This document shows positions 38,161 through 49,160 of a stretch of 64,000 nucleotides of DNA, piece by piece. How positions within the stretch are numbered: the first letter of the stretch is position 1; each line of letters opens with the position of its first letter. The notes beneath the pieces were generated by a model. That model was given only the letters and a program-made list of their open reading frames with translations. It was not told the DNA's origin and searched no databases. The stretch is from the NCBI RefSeq assembly GCF_963921235.1, contig NC_086097.1, forward strand, positions 77,812,001 through 77,876,000, written 5' to 3'. Made by a program: the position numbers and the translations under genes. The stretch comes from Mobula hypostoma (lineage: Eukaryota).

Positions 38161-40271
38161 GTGTTCCAGGCCATTCTGAATTAGAGATGTTGGCAGTGTG
38201 GGCACATTGAACAGATGTAACATGAAGACTGGCATGAAGTCTATTGGAAAGGCCAACAGCTTTAGCATTTCTCAGCATCAACGCTACCCAGACGGGGCTT
38301 CCCTTATGAATGTGAACGTGCAAAATCTGTTTGTAGTTGGCACTTTTCCAAATGGGCTCTAAGACTAGACTCTTGCTTTTCGGTTGCTGATTGCAAATCG
38401 GCCTACTGGTTAGATATGGGTCAGGAACTGTGTTCCACTGGTTTCAAGGAATAGGAATGCCTGTGAGAGCTACAGGTAAATATTAAATTACTCAAATGAT
38501 TTTGAATGGAATTTAGTTACACTTTTAATTTCTACTTAAAATGTAACTTTTGCTTTAAATTTTCAATAATTGCTTCTTCTAATTTTCAGTCTAATTGTCA
38601 TGGAAGGTATTGACAGATGATTAAGCCCAAATGTGTGACTCATTTGGATATCAATGCCATTTCCCAGTGCATGATAAGGACTGAGAAGGGAAGTAGGGAA
38701 TTACCACTTATATTTTGCTGCTAGGTAGAGAGTCACCATTTATACTTTGTCTAGTAAATCTGTGGATTTCTAAAAGCTAACTTCTAGCTTCTTAAGTCAG
38801 TAGTATTGCAGGCAGCCCACCACTGGAATTCTGGACTTACACAAGTTAGAAATGAACCCATAAAAGTTGTTCCCTTTCTCACCTGGTGTCACTAGGAAGC
38901 CAAGTCTGATTTTACACTCTCAAATCAACCAATCAGCTTCAAGTGCAAAGCACCATGTAACATGTAACATTATTGTGAATTTACTTAAAGCTTTCAAAAG
39001 GAAATTTATAGACTTCTTATTGAGAACAATGAGAGTGAGGTAATGAAATGATCGTTTTGTTCTTATTGTTTCTTTCTTGAATTTTCTTACTTCAGTAGAA
39101 CAGAAAAAAGAATGAAAATAGTAATTTTCCAGAAAGATCAGTGCTGAAATGTTGAATGTTTATATTCTCAGGATATTCAGTTACTGAAAATCCAAAACTT
39201 CAAGTAATATATAAACAAGATATTTTGAATTGTTGTATTTAGAAATTATTGGTTATTTGAAACATTTTCAATATGCATCTGATATAAAATAAATTACAGT
39301 GTATCTAATGCTCAAATCTCAAAGTCCCCATAGTCTTTCAGCTACTTTGACAAGGCAAAAGAGAGTGGATCATAAGAATAACAAGGACTGGTATCAGAAT
39401 AAGTTCTTTCCAAATTCCCAAGTCAATTTTGAAGCTATTTACTTTGATGATCTGGAAAAATACACAAAGTAATATGCTGCAGGCACTTTTTTGAACAATT
39501 GCAAAACATGACGGATCCATATAGAACATGAGATCACATAGCAGGAACCACTTGCCAGGAGGCCAGTAAGAAGTATGTCCCAGAGGATCACTGGGTAAAT
39601 TAGAGATATCATAGAGAAGATGCTCACTAGAAGTTTGCAGTTTTCTATGTGGACAATGCCTGCTCATCAGGAAAGAAAATCAAATCTTTCTTGTTATCAG
39701 TTATGTCTTGCCAAAGACTTTGGCAACAGCCATTACTGACATCGGAGGCTTTTTAAAATAATGCATCAATTACAGGGTGTTAACTTAACAAAGCTGTGTT
39801 ACTCCTGGTTGACTTACTTGATGCCATTTAAATGATGTATAAGATTCTATCAATGCATTCATTGCAAACTAATGCTTTGGGGCATTATTTCACTGATAGC
39901 TTTTAAGGCAGGAGCATTCATCTGATATTTGACGCTGTGCCTTGTCCAACAATAAAATAATGCTTCAAGGCATGCTATGTCTCATTTTATAACTTCTTGC
40001 CAGCTTTTCACCCAATAGCTACTCCAGAGCTCTCATCTATATGAAACTTATGGTTGACTCATTATATATGTAAATCAATACAATGTGTGCATCACTTAAA
40101 ATGTATCAGATCTCTCAGATTCCTTGATAATCTATCCAACTGTTCTGAACACTATCAATACAAAATAGAAGATCTTGAACCTGTACCTAATCTTCTCCAT
40201 TCATTGTTAACACTTTCCATACTGTCATACTGATGTAAAATTTCTATGAATTATAACCTTTTTCCAAGCAC

Positions 40272-42066
40272 AAACATGAGAAGGCCTTGGCGAGCAGGAT
40301 TAAGGAAAACCCCAAGGCATTTTACAAGTATGTGAAGAGCAAGACGATAACACATAAGAGAATAGGACCAATCAAGTGTATCAGTAGAAAAGTGTGTATG
40401 CAACCAGAGGAGATAGTAGAGGTGCTTAAAGAATACTTTGCTTCAGTACTCACTACGGAAAAGGATCTTGGCATTTGTAGGGATGATTTGCAGTGGCTTG
40501 AAAAGCTTGAGCATATAGACATTAAGAAAGAGGATGTGCTAGAGATTCTGGAAAGCATCAAGTTGAGTAAGCCTCCGGGACCAGTTGAGATGTACCCCAG
40601 GCTACTGTGGGAGGCGAGGGAGGAGATTGCTGAGCTTCTGAAAATGGTCTTTGCATCATCAATGGGGACGGGGGAGGTTCCAGAGGATTGGAGGGTTGGA
40701 GGGTTGGAGATGTTGTTTCCTTATTCAAGAAAGGGAGTAGAGATAGCCCAAGAAACTATAGACCAGTGAGTCTTACTTCAGTGGTTGGTAAGTTGATGGA
40801 AAAGATCCTGAGAGGCAGGATTTATGAATATTTGGAGAGGTATAATATGATTATGAATAGTCAGCATGGCTTTGTCAAAGGCAGGTCGTGCCTTATGAGC
40901 CTGATTGAATTTTTTGAGGATGTGACTAAACACATTGATGAAGGTAGAGCAGTAGATGTATGCATATGGATTCCAACAAGGCATTTGATAAGGTACCTCA
41001 TGCAAGGCAAATTGAGAAAGCAAGGAGACATGGGACCCAAAGGGACCTTGCTTTGTGTATACAAAATTGGCTCACCCACGGAAGGCAAAGAGTGTTTGTA
41101 GGCGGGTCATATTCTGCATGACCTGGATGAGAAAGTGGAGGGATGGGTTAGTAAATTTGCTGATGACACAAAGATTTGGGGTGTTGTGGATAGTGTGGAG
41201 TGCTGTCAGAGGCTACAGTGGGACATTGATAGGATGCAAAACTGGGCTGAGGAGTGTCAGATGGAGTTCAACCCAGATAAGTATGAGGTGGTTCATTTTG
41301 GTAGGTCAAATATGATGGCAGAATATAGTACTAATAGTAAGACTCTTGGCAGTGTGGAGGATCAGAGGAAGCTTGGGGGTCTGAGTCCGTAGGACACTCA
41401 AAGCTGTTGCGCAGGTTGACTCTGTGGAAGGCATACGTTGCATTGGCCTTTATCAACCGTGCAATTGAGTTTAAGAGCCGAGGGATAATGTTACAGCTAA
41501 ATAGGACCCTGGTCAGACCCCACTTGGAGTACTGTGCTCATTTCTGATCACCTCATAACAGGAAGGATGTGGAAACTACAGAAAGGGTGCAGAGGAGATT
41601 TACAAGGATGTTGCCCGGATTGGGGAGCATGCCTTATGAGAATAGGTTGAGCGAACTCGGCCTTTTCTCCTTGGAGCAGCAGAGAATGAGAGGTGACCTG
41701 ACAGAGGTGTATAAGATGATGAGAGGCATTGATTGTGTGGATAGTCAGAGGCTTTTTCCCAGGGCTGAAATGGCTAACACGAGGGGGCACAGTTTTAAGG
41801 TGATTGGAAGTAGGTACAGAGGAGATGTCAAGGGTAAGTTTTTTATGCAGAGAGTGGTGAGTGCATGGAGTGGGCCACCGATGATGGTGGTGGAGGCAGA
41901 TATGATAGTGTCTTTTAAGAGACTCTTGGATAGGTATATGGAGCTTAGAAAAATAGAGGGCTAAGTTAACCTGAGGTAATTTCTAAAGTCGGTTCATGTT
42001 CGGCACAGCATTGTAGGCTGAAGGGCCTGCATTGTGCTGTAGGTTTTCTATGTTTCTATGTTTCTA
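40272..42066 (+). mobile_element. 5'-truncated CR1 LINE (~1.8 kb)
   Basis: KENPKAFYKYVK, NYRPVSLTSVVGK, QHGFVKGRSC, FADDTK, RVQRRFTRMLP; (TTCTATGT)n tail. Confidence 0.96.
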
Positions 42067-43157
42067 AATGGTCACCCTAACTACTAACTTTTTCAGTATG
42101 ACCTGACTGTAATGCCCAGAAGTATAGCTCTAATCTGTTGGCTGCTCCTTTTACTGAAATAAACAGCATTAACTACAACAATGATATTGCTGCGGACTAC
42201 CAACTAGAATATCTGGATTTTACAGACTTCAACAGCAGTTATTTCTGTAAGTAGAAAATGACAGTTTTATGGAAGCCACTAATTATTGCCAAGTAACTAA
42301 TCTTGATATATTTAGTTTTTGAATCAAGAACACATTGTTATTGCCACAAACCAATAACAATGAAGGTGTGCATTGCTTAATGGAGAATACTTCAAAGCAA
42401 GGGATCTCGTGAATAAAACAGATGAACTGAAGGTATGGGTGGAATGGTGTAAGTTTGAAATTACAGATGAGGCAGTACGTAACCTGTTGGAAAGGCATGG
42501 TAGTATAGAACTCATCTGTGTATCAATGGGGTGTATATTTATGGTATTAACTACAATTAACTAGCATAGTTATGGAAAACATAGACAGGCCAGATGTAAA
42601 ATTTTGCAATTAACGCAAGATCAACTTTATGAGTTGAATGATAAATTAACAGAAATGAACTTGAAGCAGCTACTTGGGAGGAAGTCAGCATCAAAACTCT
42701 GTGATAATGAGAACTCAGGGCAAACACAACTTTGAAAACAGGTGAACTAAAATGTAACCCAGGCTAGAAAGGGAAGAAAGGGAGAATCTGGGCATAGTTT
42801 TACAATCCTCTCTGGTAGAAGACATAGTTCTGAGGGGCTGGAAGAAAGCTAATGTTGTACTGTAGATCAAAAGGTGAGGGAGTTAAATTGAGTAAATGAA
42901 ATTGAGATAGTCTGGCCACAATGGTGGATAGTTAATGGAAAATATGCTGATAGTTTGAGGAGATTCACAAGGACATCTGCAAGACTGAATAATAAGGAAA
43001 GACTATGCAGGGAGTATTTAACTTTTTTCAAGGACAGTAGGGACTAAGATGGGTACTTTGTAATGATATATGAAATGATAACTGGGCCAAAAGGAGAACA
43101 ACAAATATCATTCCCTTAACCGAGGGGACAATAACCAATGAACTTAAATCTAAACTA

Positions 43158-43294
43158 ACGCAAACATGAGGATATCTGCAGATGCTGGAAATTCAAGCAA
43201 GACACACAAAATGCTGGTGGAACATAGCAGGCCAGACAGCATCCATAGAAAGAAACACAGTTGATGTTTTGGGCCGAGACCCTTCGTCAGGACT
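43158..43294 (-). mobile_element. Single-arm Penelope 3' repeat starting at the hammerhead 5' edge
   Basis: Minus: agtc CTGACGA agggtctcggccc aAAA CATC aact...gtttgcgt; TSD aaatctaaactaa (43146-43158) / aaatctaaattaa (43296-43308). Confidence 0.9.
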
Positions 43295-43520
43295 CAAATC
43301 TAAATTAAGATTGGTGAAAACACTTTTTCTGTTACATGAATGGTGGTGGGGAAGAAAGTACATGCAGAAATTGCCATCATATTTATTAAGTAATTGCAAT
43401 GCCCTAATCTACAACAATAGAAAATGAGATTAATTTTGATAGTCTGTATTAAGGCAGTACAGTCAAGAATGGTCTAAATGGACTTCTCCTTTCCCACTGG
43501 ATTATATAATTTTTCGAAGA

Positions 43521-43890
43521 AGACCATAAGACATCGGAGCGGAGTTAGGCCAATCGGCAAATCACGTCTGCTCCGCCATTCCATTATGGCTGATCTATTA
43601 TCCCTCTCAAACTCATTCTGCTGCCTTCTCCCCTTAACCTTTGACGCCCTTACCAATCTAGAACCTATAAACCTCTGCTTTAAATATACCCAGTAACGTG
43701 GCCTCTGCAGCTATCTGTCACAAAGAATTCCACAGATTCACCACCCGTCGGCTAAAGAAATTCATCATCTGCATTCTAAAGTGACATCCTTCTATTCTGA
43801 GGCTGTGTCCTCTGGTCCCAGACTCCCACACTAGAGGAAACATCCCCTCCATGTCCACTCTAACTAGACATTTCAATATTCAATAGTTTC
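43521..43890 (-). mobile_element. CR1 3' end, (TCTTATGG)n-tailed subfamily
   Basis: Antisense homologue of 37192-37450. Confidence 0.85.
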
Positions 43891-45312
43891 ATAGAAGAAG
43901 CATATCTGAATTATTTATTAGGTAAAATTTATTTATTCTTATCACAACAACAGTTTATCATTGAACAAGCTGCTGGTGTTTTCCTGCTCCTTCTCGTACA
44001 AAGGATTACAATGTTTTCTAAGTCCCACACAAGCAAATAATTCCATTCTCTGCAAATCTATTCATATTTTCAAATCAACTACATTATGTAAACGAAAAAG
44101 GGATGAGAGGGTGACTTGATAGAGGCATATAAGAGAATATAGACATAGATCAAATAGATAGTCAGAGGCTTTTTCTCCAGGTTGAGCTGGTTGATACCAG
44201 GGGACATAATTTTAAGCTGATTGCAGGAAGGTACAGGGAAATGTCAGAGGTAAGTTCTTTTACACAGAGAGTGGTGAGTGCAGGGGTTGTGGTGGAGGCT
44301 GATACACTAGTGTGAAGGGATCCAGGAGTGCCCCTATTAACTGTTTGAAGAGAGACAGAGAGAGACATTTATCATGGATGGTTTGTTTGAAAAGGAGAGA
44401 GAGACAGTTATTTACCACTGATATGTTGCTTTTGAAAAGAGAGAGAGAGAGAGAGACGAAGATTAACGGTTGGACTGTCACTTTAAGGCATTGGAAGTAA
44501 CTTTGGATTTTTACTGAGTTTGGAGTTGGAGACAGCACCGAGCAGCTTGAAAGTTGCTATGGTGACCAAAGGCAGATTGTTGATGTTACTTTCAAGGACT
44601 TGTTGCCTGCTTGTGCACTTCTTTACAGACAAAGGAAGGAGGGACTCTGAATGACAGGTGATGCTCAGCCTGGTGAGATAAGTAGGAGGTCAGATGATAC
44701 AGACCTCGGATACATGATCTGGACACTGAATGAGCATTATTGTGCCAGCAGAAAAGTGGGTTTTGGAGGATCAATCAGGTGGATTGATCCGAATTGCTAT
44801 TCCAATGTAGGAGAAGGGGTTGACTGGTGGGGAGTTGTCTATGTGTCCACCCTTGCCAGGGTGATAGCTCCACCACAGGAAAACCGGTCCCCTTGGTTAA
44901 AGTCACAGTCGGTGACTTGTAAAGGATTTTGGAGGACGACGAGAAGATCGACGGCATCAGCTCACCTGAAGACTCAACTCACTCTCTCTCTCTCTCTCTC
45001 TCCATCGCTATTCAACTAAATACCACGAACTGAACTGAACTTTACTCAACATCGTAAGACTGTATCTTTTTACCCATAGACTTAAAGAAGTTTGGTTTTC
45101 ATACATATATATTCCACACTTACTTTTATATATAATCATTGCTAACCTGTGCGATTTATTTACATTGATATTACTGTATTGCGTAGTTACTAATAAATAT
45201 TAGTAGTTTATAGCAATACGAGACTCCAAAGTAGTTTCTATTTCTGCTGACAACATACATCAAAGTTGCTGGTGAACGCAGCAGGCCAGGCAGCATCTAT
45301 AGGAAGAGGCGC

Positions 45313-45348
45313 AGTCGATGTTTCAGGCCGAGACCCTTCCTCAGGACT
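45313..45348 (-). ncRNA. Hammerhead motif in the opposite arm (ACGT mutated to ACAT)
   Basis: agtc-CTGAGGA-agggtctcggcct-GAAA-CATC-gact. Confidence 0.65.
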
Positions 45349-46602
45349 AACTGAAGGAAGAGTGAGTAAGGGATTTGAAAGCTGGAGGGGGAGGGGGAGA
45401 TGCAAAATGATAGGAGAAGACAGGAGGGGGAGGGATAGAGCCGAGAGCTGGACAGGTGATAGGCAGAAGGGGATACGAGAGGATCATGGGACAGGAGGTC
45501 CGGGAAGAAAGACGGGGGGGGGGTGACCCAGAGGATGGGCAAGAGGTATATTCAGAGGGACAGAGGGAGAAAAAGGAGAGTGAGAGAAAGAATGTGTGCA
45601 TTAAAAAGAGTAACAGATGGGGTACGAGGGGGAGGTGGGGCCTAGCGGAAGTTAGAGAAGTCAATGTTCATGCCATCAGGTTGGAGGCTACCCAGACGGA
45701 ATATAAGGTGTTGTTCCTCCAACCTGAGTGTGGCTTCATCTTTACAGTAGAGGAGGCCGTGGATAAACATGTCAGAATGGGAATGGGATGTGGAATTAAA
45801 ATGTGTGGCCACTGGGAGATCCTGCTTTCTCTGGCGGACAGAGCGTAGATGTTCAGCAAAGCGGTCTCCCAGTCTGCGTCGGGTCTCACCAATATATAAA
45901 AGGCCACATCGGGAGCACCGGACGCAGTATATCACTCCAGTCGACTCACAGGTGAAGTGATGCCTCACCTGGAAGGACTGTTTGGGGCCCTGAATGGTGG
46001 TAAGGGAGGAAGTGTAAGGGCATGTGTAGCACTTGCTCCCGATGTGGCCTTTTATATATTGGTGAGACCCGACGCAGACTGGGAGACCGCTTTGCTGAAC
46101 ATCTACGCTATGTCCGCCAGAGAAAGCAGGATCTCCCAGTGGCCACACATTTTAATTCCACATCCCATTCCCATTCTGACATGTCTATCCACGGCCTCCT
46201 CTACTGTAAAGATGAAGCCACACTCAGGTTGGAGGAACAACACCTTATATTCCGTCTGGGTAGCCTCCAACCTGATGGCATGAACATTGACTTCTCTAAC
46301 TTCCGCTAGGCCCCACCTCCCCCTCGTACCCCATCTGTTACTCTTTTTAATGCACACATTCTTTCTCTCACTCTCCTTTTTCTCCCTCTGTCCCTCTGAA
46401 TATACCTCTTGCCCATCCTCTGGGTCACCCCCCCCCCGTCTTTCTTCCCGGACCTCCTGTCCCATGATCCTCTCGTATCCCCTTCTGCCTATCACCTGTC
46501 CAGCTCTTGGCTCCATCCCTCCCCCTCCTGTCTTCTCCTATCATTTTGCATCTCCCCCTCCCCCTCCAGCTTTCAAATCCCTTACTCACTCTTCCTTCAG
46601 TT

Positions 46603-46638
46603 AGTCCTGACGAAGGGTCTCGGCCTGAAACGTCGACT
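46603..46638 (+). ncRNA. Minimal type-I hammerhead ribozyme motif (intact core)
   Basis: agtc-CTGACGA-a-gggtctcggcct-GAAA-CGTC^gact: helix I agtc/gact, helix II gggtc/ggcct, helix III reduced to palindrome ACGT; predicted cut after 46634. Confidence 0.85.
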
Positions 46639-46875
46639 GCGCCTCTTCCTATAGATGCTGCCTGGCCTGCTGCGTTCACCAGCAACTTTGATGTATGTTG
46701 CTTGAATTTCCAGCATCTGCAGAATTCCTGTTGTTTGCGTTCTATTTCTGCTGGTTTCTTTATCCCTGTCACGGGGTACATGACACTAGGGGCATTTCGG
46801 AAACACTTAAATGATGGAAAAATGGAGGATTATGAAGGCAGGGAGGATTATGAAGGCAGGAAGGATTAGAATGAT

Positions 46876-47083
46876 CTTGTTGCTACTGTTAAGTGCCATT
46901 GAATCATTGTTAACTCATGGCGACCCTGTAGATACTGTATTTATCCATAGGGTTTTCATGGCAAGATACAAGCTAGATTGCCAGTCCTTCCTTCCACGCA
47001 GATACTGCTGCTGCCCAGGTTGGGACCCAGTCGGATTCAAACTCATGACCATCTGCCTTGAAGTCGTTTGCTGCTGCCACTAC
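46876..47083 (-). mobile_element. tRNA-derived SINE with RTE-type 3' tail
   Basis: Minus: B-box-like gagtttgaatcc, gtatcttgccatgaaaaccc, gggtcgccatgagt...(caa)-like end, typical of RTE/BovB-mobilised SINEs. Confidence 0.65.
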
Positions 47084-47145
47084 AAGATTAGTACAACATT
47101 GTGGGCCAAATGACCTGTACTGTGCTGTAATGTTCTTTACTCTAT

Positions 47146-47262
47146 ACATAATATGCTGGAGGAATTCAGTAAGGCAGGCGGCATCTTTGGAGAAGAAAAA
47201 CGAGCCAATGTTTTGGGCCAAAGTGCTTCATCAGGACAGAATCTGCAGAATCTCTTGTGTTC
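47146..47262. mobile_element. Old short Penelope fold-back
   Basis: Minus arm ends at cttcatcaggac (47237, ribozyme 5' edge), then flips to plus tail atctgcagaatctcttgtgt. Confidence 0.7.
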
Positions 47263-48339
47263 TATGTCTATCTATGAAGATGATCATACAGTTAAAGGCA
47301 AGCTACCTCCCTCACTAGTTGGAACAAATGACTACTGATCAGAAAAATAGATTACTTTTAAATTTTTCAGTTAGAATTTTTACTTTACTGAGTTGATTCT
47401 GGAGACACTATCCAGTTGCATCAAAGTCATGTGTTGATTTAGAAGCTCCCCGATACATTTTAAGATTAACGGTCTCACTTTAATAGCATCGATAGTTTAT
47501 TAAAATAATGGCAAACAAAAATACCACTGTGAGTTCTCAAATGAAGAGGAAACTAATAAATGCTTTCATGGAAACTTGTGAAATATTGTAAAAAAACGCC
47601 TGAATAACTGGCTCGGTCATCAAAGGGCAACTATTCAAAATGGATAATGAACAGGAGGAAGAGGAATTTTTATTCCACACCAATGGAAATGTTGACTGTA
47701 CTGAATTCCAGAATGGAATAATATCCCCTCAATAACCACAAATGTTTTTTTTCTCAGTGTATAACTGTAATATTAAAATATGAGGAATGTTAAAATATTT
47801 TGGGAGTTTTGGATGACATTTGTTGGAAAAGGATGCCCTCAAGTATGTTTTATTGCCCACCCTGCTGATGCTAAACTTTAACAAAGCTTTTATGGAGTAT
47901 AATATCAAGTTAACAGCCACAGACGACGAAAAACAAGTTGAAGATCCAAGAAGTTTTTCCTGGGACATTCAAGATCTAAGAACCTCAATTACAAGGTGAT
48001 CAATGATGTTAATAAATTGTAGTAGTAATAATATATGCTAATGACCATAATGTCTTTTTCAAATCAACTTTTAAGAAGTGATTTAGTTCACCAACAGATT
48101 TCAAAAGGAGCTGATGGTGTTTCACATTTTTCTGGAATTAGGCTGAAGAAGACAGTATGGCCCAAGTAGGTTACTTTGGTGGTTATCCAATTCATGAGTA
48201 GTCGAAAGAATTGAATATGCCACCCCATTCCTTTATCCCTTTACATTCCTCTTCTTCAAACATCTGTCCAATTTGATTTTCATTCCAAGATCATTTTGAC
48301 TCAAAGCCTTAGCTCTGACAGTAATTTCAGTTCTCAACA

Positions 48340-49160
48340 ACAAACTTCCGGACACCCCTAAAGCCTTTCCACCTTTCCACAAGGCACAAGTTAGGTGTAT
48401 AGTCAAATGCTCTTCACTTGCCTGGATGAATGCAGCACAGCAAAAGACGAAGAGGCTGACTTGTTGGGTACACCATCAAGTACCTTGAACCTTCCTGCAT
48501 TTGTCAGGCTACTCCAACAAAAACCCCCAGTACACCAGCCTTAGCACCAGAAGGGAATCAATGAGTAGGCATGTGGAAACACCACCACCTATGGGATTGC
48601 CCTACACGGCACACATGGTTCTGACCTGGAAACATATTACTATTCTTTCTTTGGCACTGGGCCTAAATGCTGGAACTCCTTGTCTGGCATCACCCTGGGA
48701 GGATCTTTACCAGACGGACTGCTGCATTTCAAGGAGAATAGCATTACAGCATTAAAAGAAAATCACTGCACAGTCTTTTCCCAGGGAAAAGGAATTAACA
48801 AAAAATCTAGAGGGCATAGTTTAAAGTGAGAAAGGAAAGGTTTAAAGGAGACCCAATGGATAACTTCTTCACACAGTGGATAGAATGAACTTGGTAAGAG
48901 CTGCTGCTGGAGGAAATGGTTAAGGCAGGTCCAATAACAATATTTAAAAGCTAACTCAGACAGGTACATGGATAGGAAGGATTAGAGGAACATGGGCCAA
49001 ATACCGTAAATGGGATAAGCTTATACGTGCATTTTGATCTTTAAGGAAATTGACTGAAATGCCTGCTTCCATGCTGTGTATCTCTAAGACTGCTCACCAC
49101 TTCCTCCTCTGGGCCGCTAATGTTGGTCTTGTCAATCACGCTTAGATTTTTAAGGATGAT
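48340..49160 (+). mobile_element. Old LINE 3' end (CR1/L2 group) with a CR1 3' fragment inserted at ~48760-49090
   Basis: caaggcacaagttagg..cacttgcctggatga; insert reads KSRGHSLKV..NFFTQ. Confidence 0.6.

Larger units (their letters stand above)
45250..46740. mobile_element. Young Penelope-like (Neptune-type) 1.49-kb fold-back insertion encoding GIY-YIG fragments on both strands
   Basis: 667-bp near-identical inverted arms 45251-45917 and 46034-46700, 116-bp spacer, 40-nt tail; GVIYCVRCSRCGLLYIGETRRRLGDRFAEH; 13-bp TSD TCTATTTCTGCTG (45237-45249, 46741-46753). Confidence 0.97.
44311..46785 (+). mobile_element. Solo LTR (~970 bp net), interrupted by the Penelope palindrome
   Basis: TGTGA...TGACA termini, 4-bp TSD CTAG (44307-44310, 46786-46789), AATAAA at ~45192; Gypsy versus ERV not resolved. 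Confidence 0.85.
44100..47145 (+). mobile_element. CR1 3' end in pieces (44100-44310, 46790-46875, 47085-47145), host of nested insertions
   Basis: RMRG.LIEAY, RGHNFKL, FTQRVV; continues after the LTR across the CTAG TSD. Confidence 0.8.

Noticed and set aside
46823..46860. ggaggattatgaaggcagg tandem duplication
   Set aside because: Trivial slippage within a CR1 tail
45266..46869. Cluster of overlapping 80-170 aa ORFs on both strands (also 61536-62175 and 62666-63358)
   Set aside because: Off-frame or antisense readings of the Penelope palindrome, not genes
47823..47998. Open frame containing EYNIKLTATD (cadherin-repeat-like)
   Set aside because: Lacks the LDRE and DxNDN motifs and good splice sites
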